DNA from: Neocallimastix sp. 'constans'
Taxonomy: Eukaryota
Assembly: GCA_050613775.1 (NCBI GenBank)
Contig: JBODTK010000140.1
Span: 248,001-312,000, forward strand
DNA length: 64,000 nucleotides
Direction of reading: 5' to 3'
Below, in pieces: positions 27,801 through 46,883 of the stretch (its first letter is position 1; every line of letters starts with the position of its first letter). The translations under genes were made by a program, and so were the position numbers. The notes below the pieces were generated by a model. The model made no database searches, was not told where the DNA came from, and saw only the letters and a list, made by a program, of their open reading frames with translations.

Positions 27801-28657
27801 AAGATTATTTATACATTATTTTTCACCTGTTTTCTAAGATGAAAGGTGTAACAACATCTTTCAACTTTTGTAATATAAATCCTCAATAAGGTAACAATAA
27901 TAAAAAAAATTATGTATTATATATAAATATATATTTGAAAAAATTATGAATAATACTAACACTTATTAAAATCAGATGATAACAATATATACATAGTATG
28001 TAATATTAGTATATCTTAAACAGTGAAGTCTTCCATATGATAAAAACTACATAATAAATAAATAAGCTATTAAAACATATTAACATTTTTATTTATAATT
28101 TTTGTGTCTTAGTAAATAATATTTCTTAAACAACAACAACATTAATAATAATAACAATAATAATAACAATAATAATAATAATAAAATGAATAAATCATTA
28201 AATAATGAAGAGACGAAAATTCTTATTGATTAAAATATTATCAAACTTTATATACAATTAATTATTTATATTATTGTTTGATTTTATAAAATTAAAACAT
28301 TAATTTTAAATAATATATTATTTTTTTATCATATCATATGTAAAGCCCATTAAAAAAATAAATCTAATAATTTTTGATAATTAATTTTACATTTTTTTAT
28401 TTTTAAATAAAAATATATTTTATTTAATCATAATCATAATATATATATAATTCTATTTAATCAGTTACCAGTTAATATTATTTCAATTAATTCTTTTTTT
28501 TTTTTTTTTTTTTGCTTGTTTGTTTTTATTTTTGTTTTTATTATTATTATTATTAGTTCTAGTGTTAGTTTTATTTTATTCTTATTTTTATTTTATTATT
28601 ATAGTAATTATTTAGTATTATAATATATTTAATTAAAAGTATTCAGAATAAATATTT

Positions 28658-28698
<41 letters not shown>

Positions 28699-28992
28699 AT
28701 ACATACTATAATTAAAAAAATATTATATTATTATATTGTTTTTAATTTTAAATTATTTTTAATGAATACATAAATGTTTGTTAAACATTTTTTACTTATA
28801 AATTTTATAATTTTATAATATATAATATGAAAAAGATTAAATTTAATTTTTTAAATATATTTTATAATATATTAAATATTGATGAAAAAGATTAAATTTA
28901 ATTATTTTAAAAGGTATATATATATATATATATATATACATTTTAAGAAATTTTTAATAATTATTACATAATTGTTAAAATGTAACTTTTAA

Positions 28993-29562
28993 TTATAACT
29001 TTTTAATGTTACCATCTTTACAAACATAACATTTATAAGTCTTTGCTATATTCAAATCCTGTAATGATAATACATATGTACAATTATTTTTAAAAATTAA
29101 TTCAAATGAATATTCTTTTCTACTATGTTCTTTTTTCAGTTTTTCATAATTAAATGCTGTTTCTGGTGTTTTATTATTTTTATATTTTAAATTCCATTTA
29201 ATTATATCAGTACTATTATTGAAACAATAATTATTTAAAGAATTAGTACTAAAGAGTTTATAATTGTCCTTTTGGAATTTAAACATATAGACATAATGTA
29301 AATTTAAATCATTACAAATAACAATATCATCACTAATTTTATAAAAGCAATCAGATAAAAAAGTATAAGTATCTTCGCTAACAAAACTATATGTATGATA
29401 TTGTATTGGAATTCTTTTATTTTCATTTAATAAGCCAATACATTTTGTATCATGAAATTCATAATTTCTTTTATAATTAATTTTTGAATTTATTTTTGCT
29501 GAAGTAATTGTTATTATACTTAAATAAAATAAATATAATATTTGATATGAATTGATTTTCAT
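28993..29562 (-). CDS. Hypothetical secreted protein, 189 aa, intronless
   Basis: Open 570-bp frame in stop-rich DNA. N-terminal signal peptide MKINSYQILYLFYLSIITITSA, seven Cys, no recognisable domain. Confidence 0.65.
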   Translation of the reverse strand: MKINSYQILYLFYLSIITITSAKINSKINYKRNYEFHDTKCIGLLNENKRIPIQYHTYSFVSEDTYTFLSDCFYKISDDIVICNDLNLHYVYMFKFQKDNYKLFSTNSLNNYCFNNSTDIIKWNLKYKNNKTPETAFNYEKLKKEHSRKEYSFELIFKNNCTYVLSLQDLNIAKTYKCYVCKDGNIKKL

Positions 29563-29803
29563 CTTAATTATTATTTAATTTATTATCTTTATTATTAATT
29601 TTCATACTTATTTATAAATGAAAAAATAATTTAATTTTAAATTTGTAATTTTATATCATTAATTCATTTATAAAAAATATTTATATAAATTCAAAATTTA
29701 GAATAAATAAAAATAAAATTTTAATTCTTTTATTTTCAAAATGAATAAGTTCTTAAATGAAATGTTTTTGAATTTTATTTTAGAATATATTTAAAAAAAT
29801 TTG

Positions 29804-30020
29804 GTTAGAAATAAATATATTTCAAATTTAATTTTCTGAAATATTATAATGGAAATTAATTTCAAAGTTTAATAATTAATAAATAAATTAATTTTATTAT
29901 TATAATAAATTAATTTGTTAGAAATAAATATATCAAATTTAATATTCTGAAATATTATAATGGAAATTAATATAAAGCTTAATTATTAATAAATAAATTA
30001 ATTTTATTATATAATAAATT
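29804..30020. repeat. About 112-bp tandem duplication next to the copia LTR
   Basis: Two units each begin GTTAGAAATAAATATAT and contain TTCTGAAATATTATAATGGAAATTAAT. Confidence 0.85.
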
Positions 30021-30041
30021 CTAAGTTAATTTATTTTAAAT

Positions 30042-32035
30042 TGTTAGAAAATTATTGTTTTTAGTTTACAATTTAATATTATAATAAATACTTTTTAAAT
30101 ATTTATAATTGGAATAAAAGTTAACTACTTTTTGAATAATTATTTTTAATATTTTTTTATATTTTTACTACATAAATTTTAATTATATCACAATTTTATT
30201 TTATTTGTTATTACATAAATGTTTTATGTACGTCATACATGCTGTCATATTACAATTTATATAATAGTTGATATCTTAATAATTTATAACATTATACATA
30301 AAATTTATATATGTTATTTTGTTTATTAACAAGAATAATATTCATATATTAAACTTTATTTCTAACATTCCCCCTAAAGTTTAATATTCTTTAAATAAAT
30401 GATTTATTATTTTTAATTGCTAAAGCTAGAAAGAATGTTGATTCTAAATTTACTCATTAGAGTAGAATTAAGATATTTGGTAAAACCATCAGCAATATTA
30501 TGTTCTGATTTAATATAATTTAATTTTATTTTACCTTCTCGAACTAGTTCTCTAATTTATGATATTTTAAATCAATGTGCTTTGATTTTAGATTTATAGT
30601 TTCTTTTTCACAATTATAAATTGCAGCTTTATTATCCGAATTAATTGTTATATTATTTATATTTATATTTAATTCTTTAAATAAAATTTTACACCATAAA
30701 CATTGACGTGCGCACTCATGTATCACGTAATATTCACTTTTTGCTGTAGAGACTGCTACGGTGTTTTGTAATTTAGAATACCAGCTAACGGGTCCAGAGT
30801 TTATTGTCATCACGTATCCAGTGGTAGATTTTCTAGTATCTGGATCACCACCTAAATCCGCATCTACGTAGACCTCAAAATTGTAGTTATCATTTTTATT
30901 GAATTTAATTTCATAATTTAGTGTATATTTTAAATATCTAAAAATTTTTAAGACATTAAATTAATCCTCATAATTTGGATTTTGGTTTTTACGTGATGCT
31001 ATGGCAAGATATAACAGGTTACCAATGGCTTGTTTATATTTTGTTGGATTAAATGATTTCTTTTTTAATTTTTTATTATTAATTGGAATCATATTTGAGC
31101 ATGGTTTTAATTTATCTATATTGAATTTTTTAAATATATCACTCAAATACCTCTTTTAATGGATTAAATATCCATCTTTACATTTCACAAATTTTATACC
31201 TACTATAAAACCAACATAACCTGTATCAGTTATATCAAATTTTCTTTTTAATAATCTTTTAACTTTTAAAATTTCTTTATTTTCACCTGTGATGAGTATA
31301 TCATCTACATATGCACCTAGAAGGCAAATTATTTTATTATATGCATTCCTTTTAACATACAGACAAGGTTTACTTAATAGTCTATTAAATTTCATGTCAA
31401 CTAGAGCTTTATTTAAGGTGTCATTCCACATACGTCATGGGTGTTTAAGACTATACAAAGCTTTGTTTAACTTGAAATATTTCATTCCTTGATGGTCGTC
31501 ACTCTCTGATAGTTCCATATATATATCTTCATTTAATTTTGCATTTAAATAAATTGCCTTAATATCTAATTGATGTATGTTATAATTATTCTTTAAAAAA
31601 AAGTATTATTTAAATTTATATTAAATTACTTTGATTGTTTTAATTAAAATCTTTAAAATTTTCTTGAATATCACTGTTATTATTATCTTCAGAAAAATTT
31701 GTAAAATTTACATTATCTGGAATAGTACTAGGATTTCCAACATTTCCAGGAATATCCTCAAAGAATTCCACTGCACGAGATAATATTGCTTCATTGTTAT
31801 TATAATCGTATATTTTATATGCAGTTGGATTTAAATTGTTATATCCAATAAATATGCCTGGAAGGGTAGAGTTATAAAATTTCTTTCTAAATTGTTTTGG
31901 AACGTAATAAAAACATTTACAACCAAAAAACTTTAAATTTATTGTAATTTACCTTTTTATCAAATTATACTTCAAAGGGGACTTTATTGTTGTTTCCTTT
32001 GTGAGGTATATTATTATATATATAATTTGGCAGTT
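30042..32035 (-). mobile_element. Truncated Ty1/copia element: integrase tail, RT, RNase H, polypurine tract and 3' LTR (30042-30367)
   Basis: Motifs PGIFIGY...AYKIYD, AYVDDILITG, YKQAIGNLLYLA, YVDADLGGD..TRKSTTGY, SWYSKLQ..VAVSTA.SEY, KHIDLKYH, ADGFTK. Polypurine tract AGGGGGAA is followed by an LTR bounded by TGTTAGAA...TTCTAACA. Confidence 0.93.
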
Positions 32036-33528
32036 TTTTTTTTAGTAAATAAATTTTTTTTTTTGAAATTGGTTTATTAGTAATAAGAAATTTTAATATC
32101 AATTTTTTATTAAAAAAATATTATTTAAAAGAATTTTTAAAAGACAATAAAAGTATAATCTGAATTTATCTTGTTTGCATGAACTAATAGAAATTAAATA
32201 TAAAAATTATATTAAAAATTGTTTTTATACAAATAAATAAAAACTTTATAAAATAATTATATCTAACATTTAAAAAATTTAATTAAATAATATACATGAA
32301 ATTAAAATAAATATTATTTCTATTATAGATAATTAAAAAAATTACCAAAAAGAAAAAAATTGGTACTAACGGAGGTCATTGATAACTATATAAAGAACTT
32401 ATTGTAAAGCAATTAGATAAAATGTCTAGAATTCTAGACGTTCTATTAGGCTTCAATTACTATTTTAATTGTATCGATTTTAATTGTATAAAATTAAAAT
32501 CGTTATTGAAGCAAGCCGACGACTTAGTTGGCTTTTGTTACTACTTATGATATCTGAAATAATATAATATTTAAAATTATATATTTAAATTTGTTATTTC
32601 ATTATTATATTTTATAATTATATAAAAAATTTTTTTTTTTTTTGTATTAATTTAATTATATATATATTATATATTATAATTTAATTTAATTAAAGTTATT
32701 TCAATCACTCCTATTTTAAAAGACGGAATAACTAAATAATAAATTTTACGTAAAATAAAATATATTTTGTTTCTTTTTTTTTTTTTTTTTATAAAAATAG
32801 AAGAGATAAATTCTTAGAAATTAATTAAAAATAAATATGTCATTAAAACTTAATAATATTTAATGATTTAGCATTAATAAAATTCTGACAACAACTATAT
32901 ATTATATCTTAAATATAATTATATTATAAAAATTAATAATATTTCATATATCATTAACCTTTAAATAATAAAATAATAGTATTATTCTATTATTTATTAA
33001 AGAATATTAATATTAATTAAATATTAATAAAAAAAATATTAATATTGATAATAGTAATATAAATTTTAATAATTTTATTTGATTATCAATATTTTTTTCT
33101 AGAAACATTCTCATAAAATATTTTTCATATGATATAATAGTAATATACAAAAATATTGAGATGCATTTTTTTTATGTTATAAAAACATAATTCCATATTA
33201 TCACTAGTGCTAAATAAATAATTTATATTATTATCAATTCAGGTATTTGATCCTTTTTTATAATATAATTTTTATAATTCTATTATAATATATGATTGTT
33301 TTTAATATTTTTAGGCTTATTACATTTGTAATTTCTTAAATAAAAAGTTAAGTTTATTAAATATTTTTTAATAAATAATATTTACCAATTTAAAAAATTG
33401 AATTTTACAAAACATATTTCGAAAATTATTAAATATTTAATTTTATAATATATATTAAACTAAAAAATATTTATATTATTAATATTTTTCATTAACAATA
33501 AAAATATATTATTTTATCCTCCAATGAC

Positions 33529-33579
<51 letters not shown>

Positions 33580-34960
33580 AAAAGTTAAAAACTATGAAAT
33601 AAAAAAAAAAATTGGAATTTTAATAACTATTAATTATATGCTATAATGTTTCAATTTTTTTAAAAATTAAATTTTTTCAAATGATTGAAGCAATTTATAG
33701 TTTATATATTTACTATGTTTCTTCTTTAGTATTATTTTAAGCCATCAATAAAAAGTATTTCATATTACTAATCGAGATATATTGTTTATATACTAATCTT
33801 TAATTGCTAAGAAAAATTTATCATTATTAATAAGGTGAAATTAATGATACATATACCTAAAGTTAGATTACTTCGATATAGAGATATATTATATATAAAA
33901 ATGTAAATATAAAATAAATTTATATATATAAATTTATTTAATATGATACTATCAATCGTAATATAATAATATTTATTGATAAATATTATTAATTATTAAA
34001 ATGTAATTCATTCATTATAATTTTTTTTGTTAAATTTTTATTTATAAAAAAAGTATTGAATTTTTATCATATATTAAATGATTTAAAATATAATTTGTAT
34101 CACAGAAAAACTAGCTAATTTTTTGTAAAGTTTCACAAATATTATATAAAAATTATAAAAAAATATATTTTTTTATAATTATATATATTTTTTTATAAAT
34201 AATTATAAAAAAATATATATAAAGTTTCAATAAAAAATATTTATTTTTATGCTTTAATAAAAAATGCCTTTTCAGATATTAAAATATAATGTATACAATA
34301 TATTACATTAAATAAAATTATTCAAAAATACACTATATAATAAATAATATTAAAAATATATACAAATTTCCTTATAAAAATTTTTTTTTATAATCTTTTC
34401 TTTAAATTTTTAAAATTTAAAATTATAAAACTTTAAATGCCTTAATTATCTTGTGAAGATAAGAATACTATTTAAAAAAATAAAGAAATAAAATATTTTT
34501 TCAAAGATAATAAATATAATTATTTTAATAATAAATTTGATTATTATGTTCATAATATCAAATTGGAGTCAAGCATAATAGTAATTTAATATTATTAGTT
34601 TTAATATTATAATCTTTTTAATCAATAATATATTCATAAGTAAAATTAATAATTTTATTTATTTAAATAATAATATAAATAAACTTTCAATATACGTATA
34701 TTTCTATTAATTTATAAAAAAAAAATGCTAAATATTTAATGATAAATAATTTTCGTTAAAAAAATATTATTTATTTTGGTTAAATTTTTTTTATATTTAA
34801 AAATACATGTATCAAAAGCAATATTGTTTAAAATATGAAATAAAAATATTAAACTTTTTGATTTTAAAAAAAAATGATTTAATAATAAATAAGATTATTA
34901 AACCAAAAAAAATATATATATATAATTAAAAAGTTTATTAATTGTTTATATATAAATTTC

Positions 34961-35008
<48 letters not shown>

Positions 35009-35307
35009 ATAACAAACTTAATATTATAATTTTTTTTGCTAATATATAAATAAAAAAATTATTAAATACAAAAGAAAATTAAATTCATATTCGTAAATAA
35101 TAAAATAATATTATAAATATTTAATATTTTTAAAAATTAAATTTTTTATATAAAATATAAAAATAATGTTGAATAAAATTTAAAAATAATTATAAAATAA
35201 ATAATTCTAAAGATAATAATATTTAATGAAATGTATATAAATATATTTCAATCTTATGCAAATATATCCAATATACAAAATTAAAAGTATTTTATGTATT
35301 AATAAAA

Positions 35308-40974
<5,667 letters not shown>

Positions 40975-41286
40975 TGACGTCATAAATGAAAAATACTAAT
41001 CGAAGAAAAACATAATTTCTAAATATTAATTTAAAGTTTAAAAATATATTACAAAAAGAAGTGAATAATTTACTCATTAATAAATAATATTTTTATATCT
41101 ATTCATTTTTTCAACTTTATATAATACTTAAATTTATTTATTATATCCAAAATTTATAATTCATTAACTTAATATTCTATTTTTGACTATTAAACAAATA
41201 ATCATAATCTATTCTTTATTATGAAGTATCATGTTTAAATATTATAATATATGTTGTATATGCAAATAAAATTTAATATTATTATA

Positions 41287-41317
<31 letters not shown>

Positions 41318-41430
41318 GTTAAACTAAAGTTTCATTAAATAATATGGATCAATAATATGAATTTTATAATGAATTTATAATAATTTTAATTTTAAATAAA
41401 AATTGGTAAAAATATAATTACAATTCTTTA

Positions 41431-41718
<288 letters not shown>

Positions 41719-41919
41719 TCAAAGAATATAATTTGGTAAATATTAAATTTTTCCTAATATTCTAAATTAATTTTCAATTTTACATGAATTTAAAATATTT
41801 TCTCAATTTTTACATGATATGAAGTTATTTTACAATTTTACATAAATAAAATAGTTTACTAATATAATATTAATTATTAAGTAATTAAAATAATTTTCTT
41901 AAATATAATTTAATTTAAT

Positions 41920-43450
41920 GATTTTCCCCCTAAACTAGATATTTAGTATTATTACACCGTTAATAAGCATTAGATGAATCTAAGTCATCTATGTATAAAA
42001 TAATTATATTGTTTAAATATGCCATTTACATATGATGGAAACATTTCTCTTGAAGGGTGATATTATACCATCCAAAATATGTGAATACCGAATATCCCTT
42101 ATGTATTAGGATTTACATCAATTATAATCCGCTTTGTAGATTAGTGCTAACTTTAATATATTTTTCGCTTTGTAGTTTTAGCTATAACTATTAAATATTG
42201 TTTTATAGGTTAGCATTAGCTATTAAAATATCGTCTTGTAGATAAACGTCAACTATTATGTAAATTAGGTGTTTTAGTGCATTTTATTTTGAGTGTTACG
42301 ATTGAATTAATTTAATATTTAATTATGTTATTTTGCATTTAAAATCAAATTATTGAATTATTAAATTATTTTATAATTCATTAAGAATTTTCCAAGATTT
42401 CATATTTGTATTTTTACTCTACACTAATTTTCTTTCATTTCAAGGCAATTAACTTTTCAAAATAATGGTATATTATTGAATATACCCATTTCACGCTAAG
42501 CATTCAATTAGTAATATTTATTGTAGAATATGTTTATTTCACACTATGCATTTCTATCATAAATATGACTTCCTCTTTTGAATATCGAATATTAGCTTTG
42601 GAGTTGAGTAGTAACTATTATTGAATATATTCGAATAAATGTTTAAAAAATATATAGGCTTTTGAATTATAAATATGCGTTTAAATATGTATACTTCAGT
42701 ATACAAATTAAAACGCATATTTATATTGGTTGAGAAATAACCATTATTCATGAATGTTTTGAATTTATATGTATATGTGTAATATGAATTTTGATGTATT
42801 AGTGGGATAGGATAATTTAACCAAATTAATTGGGCTAATTTCGAGTATTTTACTGTAAATAAAGGATATTTGAATTTCTTCATTTGTAATTATTGATTTC
42901 TTAGTAGTTGTAGTTTCTTTTTGTTACTGAATAGGTAGTTTATTTCTCATATATACTCAGGAGTTTCATCGTAGTTAAAATAATCATCTTCAAAGTAATC
43001 AGTAGGATAATTGTAATATATATCATTATAATCACAAAATCGTACTTAACTGTGTTTAAATCATTAAAATAATCAGTTAAATCTATATTACTAGAAATAC
43101 TGGTCTCTATAAAGGAACAATAACATTTATTATTTATTTAATAGACGATAATAATAGTTTTTTCCTTTGTAGTTGTATGAACTGAATGTTAAATGAAATT
43201 AGAAACCCAACTTTTAACGCTATAAATTGCTATATGACCATGTTCGTGACTCTTCGTTTTTTATTCGATATATATATCACATTTTTTAGTAGAAGAATTA
43301 TCGATTTTTTAAAATCCTATACTCTTTAGTATATCATTAGTATGATACATATAAGCACTTAATTATCTTTCAAATTTAATTTCTCCTGTTTATTTTAATA
43401 CGTAAAATCAATATACTATTAACAGACTATCGGTAGAAAAGATACAAAGA
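41920..43450 (-). mobile_element. Heavily decayed Ty1/copia remnant
   Basis: Minus-strand VYLQDDILIAN (copia YVDD-like) near 42215-42248, an RNase H-like segment near 42050-42100, and a polypurine tract AGGGGGAAAA near 41922-41931. Confidence 0.55.
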
Positions 43451-43579
43451 CAAAATAATACCATTAAAATTGTTTTATATTAATAATTATTACAAATACT
43501 TCATTTATTTAAGCTTAAGAAAGAGTAAAGTGTAAAGTTTATAAAGTTTAACAATTTTTACATAAAATTAAATTATGAA

Positions 43580-44015
43580 AAAATACATGTGACATCATAT
43601 ATTAGAATAAATGATATGCGGGACTTTTATGTGCAATAATTTATAAGCAGTGGGTTTTTAAAATAATGGTTGTTTAGTAAAATTTATTAATAAAATTATA
43701 ATATTCGTACAATTAAAATAATAATTCTAATTCCTAAAATTTTACAAGAGAGTTCTATATTTCTAATATAAATAATTAAATAATTTAATCTATTTATAAG
43801 AAATAGGTAATATATTAATTATATATTCTAATATATAGAACTATATAAATTTTATATGAATTAAAATATTACAATTATTATAATTATAATAATACATATT
43901 GAAATAAAATAAAATAAAATAATTATATCAAAAAGATATAAATTTAATATTTAATAATTAATATTAAATACACAAATATACAAATATGTTACTACACATA
44001 TTTGTTTTATATCAT
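43580..44015. mobile_element. LTR-derived fragment upstream of the Stealth gene
   Basis: TGATATGCGGGACTTTTATGTGC also occurs near 11853-11875 in the solo LTR. 43798-44013 matches 16400-16612. Confidence 0.7.
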
Positions 44016-44192
44016 AAATTTATATGTATACATTTTATATTAAATTATATTTATAATATAAAAATTTTATTAATAATTCAAAAATTATTTAAAAAAATGA
44101 ATTAATATTTATTTAAATATAGATTATTATAGCACTTTTTCTGGAAGATAGATTAAAATAAAATAAGATGTATAAAAAATATTTTTAAAAAA

Positions 44193-46883
44193 ATGTTAAA
44201 TAATAATAAAAATTTAAAAAAATTTAAAGGAAAATATATTTTTATTTTAACTTCAATATTAATAAGTATTTTTAGTTTTATTCTGAATAAAATTATACAT
44301 AATAAATTAGAACCTCTTCATAATAATTACCTTAAAGAAAATTTAAATGAATTCAATAAAGAATTAAAAAAATTACAAAATTTAACTTCAACTAATATTG
44401 ATACAAATAGTAATATATATGATATTGCTATAAATAATAGTAATGATTTAAATTATATTTTAAATTATAAAGGAGGAGATCTTGAACCCGAATGGCAATG
44501 GGTTAAAAATATTTCGATAGTTTATACTTGGGTAGATGGTTCAGATGTTGATTTTTTAGAATTAAAATCTAAATTTAATGGAGGCATTAAAAAAGTCAAC
44601 AGTAGAGACCGTTCAGCTGATGAACTTCGCTATTCATTACGTTCTTTAGAAGAGTATATGCCATGGCATCAAGGAACTATTTATATAGTTACGAGTCAAC
44701 AAGTTCCCAAATGGTTAAATACTAATAATAAAAGAATAAAAATGATTTATCATAAAAATATATTTCCTAAATATATTTATCCAACCTATGATTCAAATAC
44801 CATTGAAATGTTTTTTGATAAAATACCAGGAATAACTGAAAGATTTTTATATTTTAATGATGATGTTTTTTTAAATAATTATATTCACCCTTGTTTCTTT
44901 TTTACAAGCAAAAATTTTTATCCTAAAGTATATAGAAATATTATTAGACATATTAATGAAAAGGAAGTTGAAAGAATTATAAAAAATAATGATATTCATG
45001 AAATTTTTCAAGCTTCAAAATATTTCACTCGAGAAACAATAAGAGAATATTTTGACAATCAATTTGAATTTCGAGATTTATTTCATACGGTACATGTATT
45101 TTATAGAGATTTATTTGAACCATTTAGAAAACTTTTTCTTGAAGAATTAAAAAATGTCTTTGCTAATAGATTTAGGCACCCAACGAAAATTCAAACAATA
45201 TACCTTTATCAAGCATTTATGCAATATGCTACGCAGCATAAAGAATTTCCATTGAAATTAGGAGGTAATGGGAAAGTAAAATATTTTAAAGGACATGAAT
45301 TACCAGTAAATAAAACAATTAAAAAGTATTCTTGTGAAATTGTCTCACCAACTATAGCAAATAAATTTATAAAATTTGGTAAAATTTCTGATAATTCAAG
45401 AAAAAACAATAAATATTTTAATTTATATAAAAATAATCCAAATATTTATATTTATAATTTAAACGATGCTTATTCTCAAAAAAAATCATTATATGAATTT
45501 ACAGAATATATGATAACTAGATATCCAAAACCTTCTTTATTTGAAAAAAAAGATTTTGTTTCTTTAGAAAAATATGTTTCATCTCAAATGGAATCAATCG
45601 ACAATAATTTAAATAAAATTGTTAATAGTATCAGCAGTGATTTTAAAAGAAAGAATATTATGATTTTTAAAATGATGATGAATAAATATAAAATGAATAT
45701 TATAAAAGACTATATAAATAAAAAGAAAGATCTTATTTATCCAGCCACTAGAAAAAAAATTATCAGTAAAAGTGAGAAAAAAGATATGATATCTCTATTA
45801 AAGTATAATGGTGACGAATTATCAGACGAATGGAAGTGGGCAAAAAATATATCTTTTGTTTATTTTTTAAAAGGCATTACAAATAAAAATAAAAACAGAT
45901 TTTCTTTTATTAATAATTTTTTATTTAGAAAAAATGAATTAAGCAATAATGATTTAATGAATGAACTAAAATATTCTCTACGTTCATTAGAAAAATATTT
46001 ACCATGGCATCAAGGAAAGATATATATAATCACCGAAACACAAAATCTTAATCAATTTCCTTGGCTTAATTATAATCATAATAGAATTAAAATAATATAT
46101 CAAAATGAAATTATTCCAAAAAATTATCAAAATAATAATAAACAAGCAATTGAAATGTTTTTAGACAAAATACCTGATCTTTCCGAACGCTTTATTTATA
46201 TTCAACCTCATCATTATTTTAAAAATTATACTCATCCATGTTTTTTCTTTAATAATAATTTTTTTCCAAAATATAATTTTAAGGATGTTATAGAAATTGA
46301 AACATTAGACAAACTTACTAAAAATTCATTTGAGTATACTCATAATATTATTCTTCATTACTTCGGAAATAATTATATTAAAACATATAGGCATTTTGAG
46401 GATGTACCTATTCCTTTATATAGAGATCTTTTTGAACCAACACGTGAAGTGTTTCGTGATATCATTAAAAAATCTTTTAAATATAAATATTTTAGAAAAT
46501 TTGAACTATTGCCTCTTTATCTTGTTGTGAATTATAATATTTATGGAACTTCACAGCCATTTTATCCAGACTATTTAGTAGGTTATGGTAAAATTCAAGA
46601 GATCCAACGACCAGTTATTCTCAATAAAAATCGAACAATAGAGTATTATGGATTTGATATTACATCAAAAAATGTTGATAAATATACTATCTTAATAAAA
46701 TCATTCTTATATGATCCCAAAATAAATAATTGTATAATGAAAAAAATATTATTTACTAATAAACTTTTTTTTAGTCTTTTAATTGAAAATCAAGAAAAAT
46801 TAACAATAAATAATCAAATTAATTTAAAAAAATTAATGAAATATTTATTTAAAGAAAAATCTTCATTTGAAATTTTAAATTAA
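44193..46883 (+). CDS. Stealth-family (hexose-1-phosphate transferase-like) protein with N-terminal membrane anchor and two tandem Stealth domains; intronless
   Basis: 896-aa ORF. CR1 ISIVYTWVDGSD; CR2 DELRYSLRSLEEYMPW...IPGITERFLYFNDDVFL; CR3-like H...F...L......NRFR; CR4-like YNLND. Second copy ELKYSLRSLEKYLPW...IPDLSERFIYI. Confidence 0.92.
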   Translation: MLNNNKNLKKFKGKYIFILTSILISIFSFILNKIIHNKLEPLHNNYLKENLNEFNKELKKLQNLTSTNIDTNSNIYDIAINNSNDLNYILNYKGGDLEPEWQWVKNISIVYTWVDGSDVDFLELKSKFNGGIKKVNSRDRSADELRYSLRSLEEYMPWHQGTIYIVTSQQVPKWLNTNNKRIKMIYHKNIFPKYIYPTYDSNTIEMFFDKIPGITERFLYFNDDVFLNNYIHPCFFFTSKNFYPKVYRNIIRHINEKEVERIIKNNDIHEIFQASKYFTRETIREYFDNQFEFRDLFHTVHVFYRDLFEPFRKLFLEELKNVFANRFRHPTKIQTIYLYQAFMQYATQHKEFPLKLGGNGKVKYFKGHELPVNKTIKKYSCEIVSPTIANKFIKFGKISDNSRKNNKYFNLYKNNPNIYIYNLNDAYSQKKSLYEFTEYMITRYPKPSLFEKKDFVSLEKYVSSQMESIDNNLNKIVNSISSDFKRKNIMIFKMMMNKYKMNIIKDYINKKKDLIYPATRKKIISKSEKKDMISLLKYNGDELSDEWKWAKNISFVYFLKGITNKNKNRFSFINNFLFRKNELSNNDLMNELKYSLRSLEKYLPWHQGKIYIITETQNLNQFPWLNYNHNRIKIIYQNEIIPKNYQNNNKQAIEMFLDKIPDLSERFIYIQPHHYFKNYTHPCFFFNNNFFPKYNFKDVIEIETLDKLTKNSFEYTHNIILHYFGNNYIKTYRHFEDVPIPLYRDLFEPTREVFRDIIKKSFKYKYFRKFELLPLYLVVNYNIYGTSQPFYPDYLVGYGKIQEIQRPVILNKNRTIEYYGFDITSKNVDKYTILIKSFLYDPKINNCIMKKILFTNKLFFSLLIENQEKLTINNQINLKKLMKYLFKEKSSFEILN

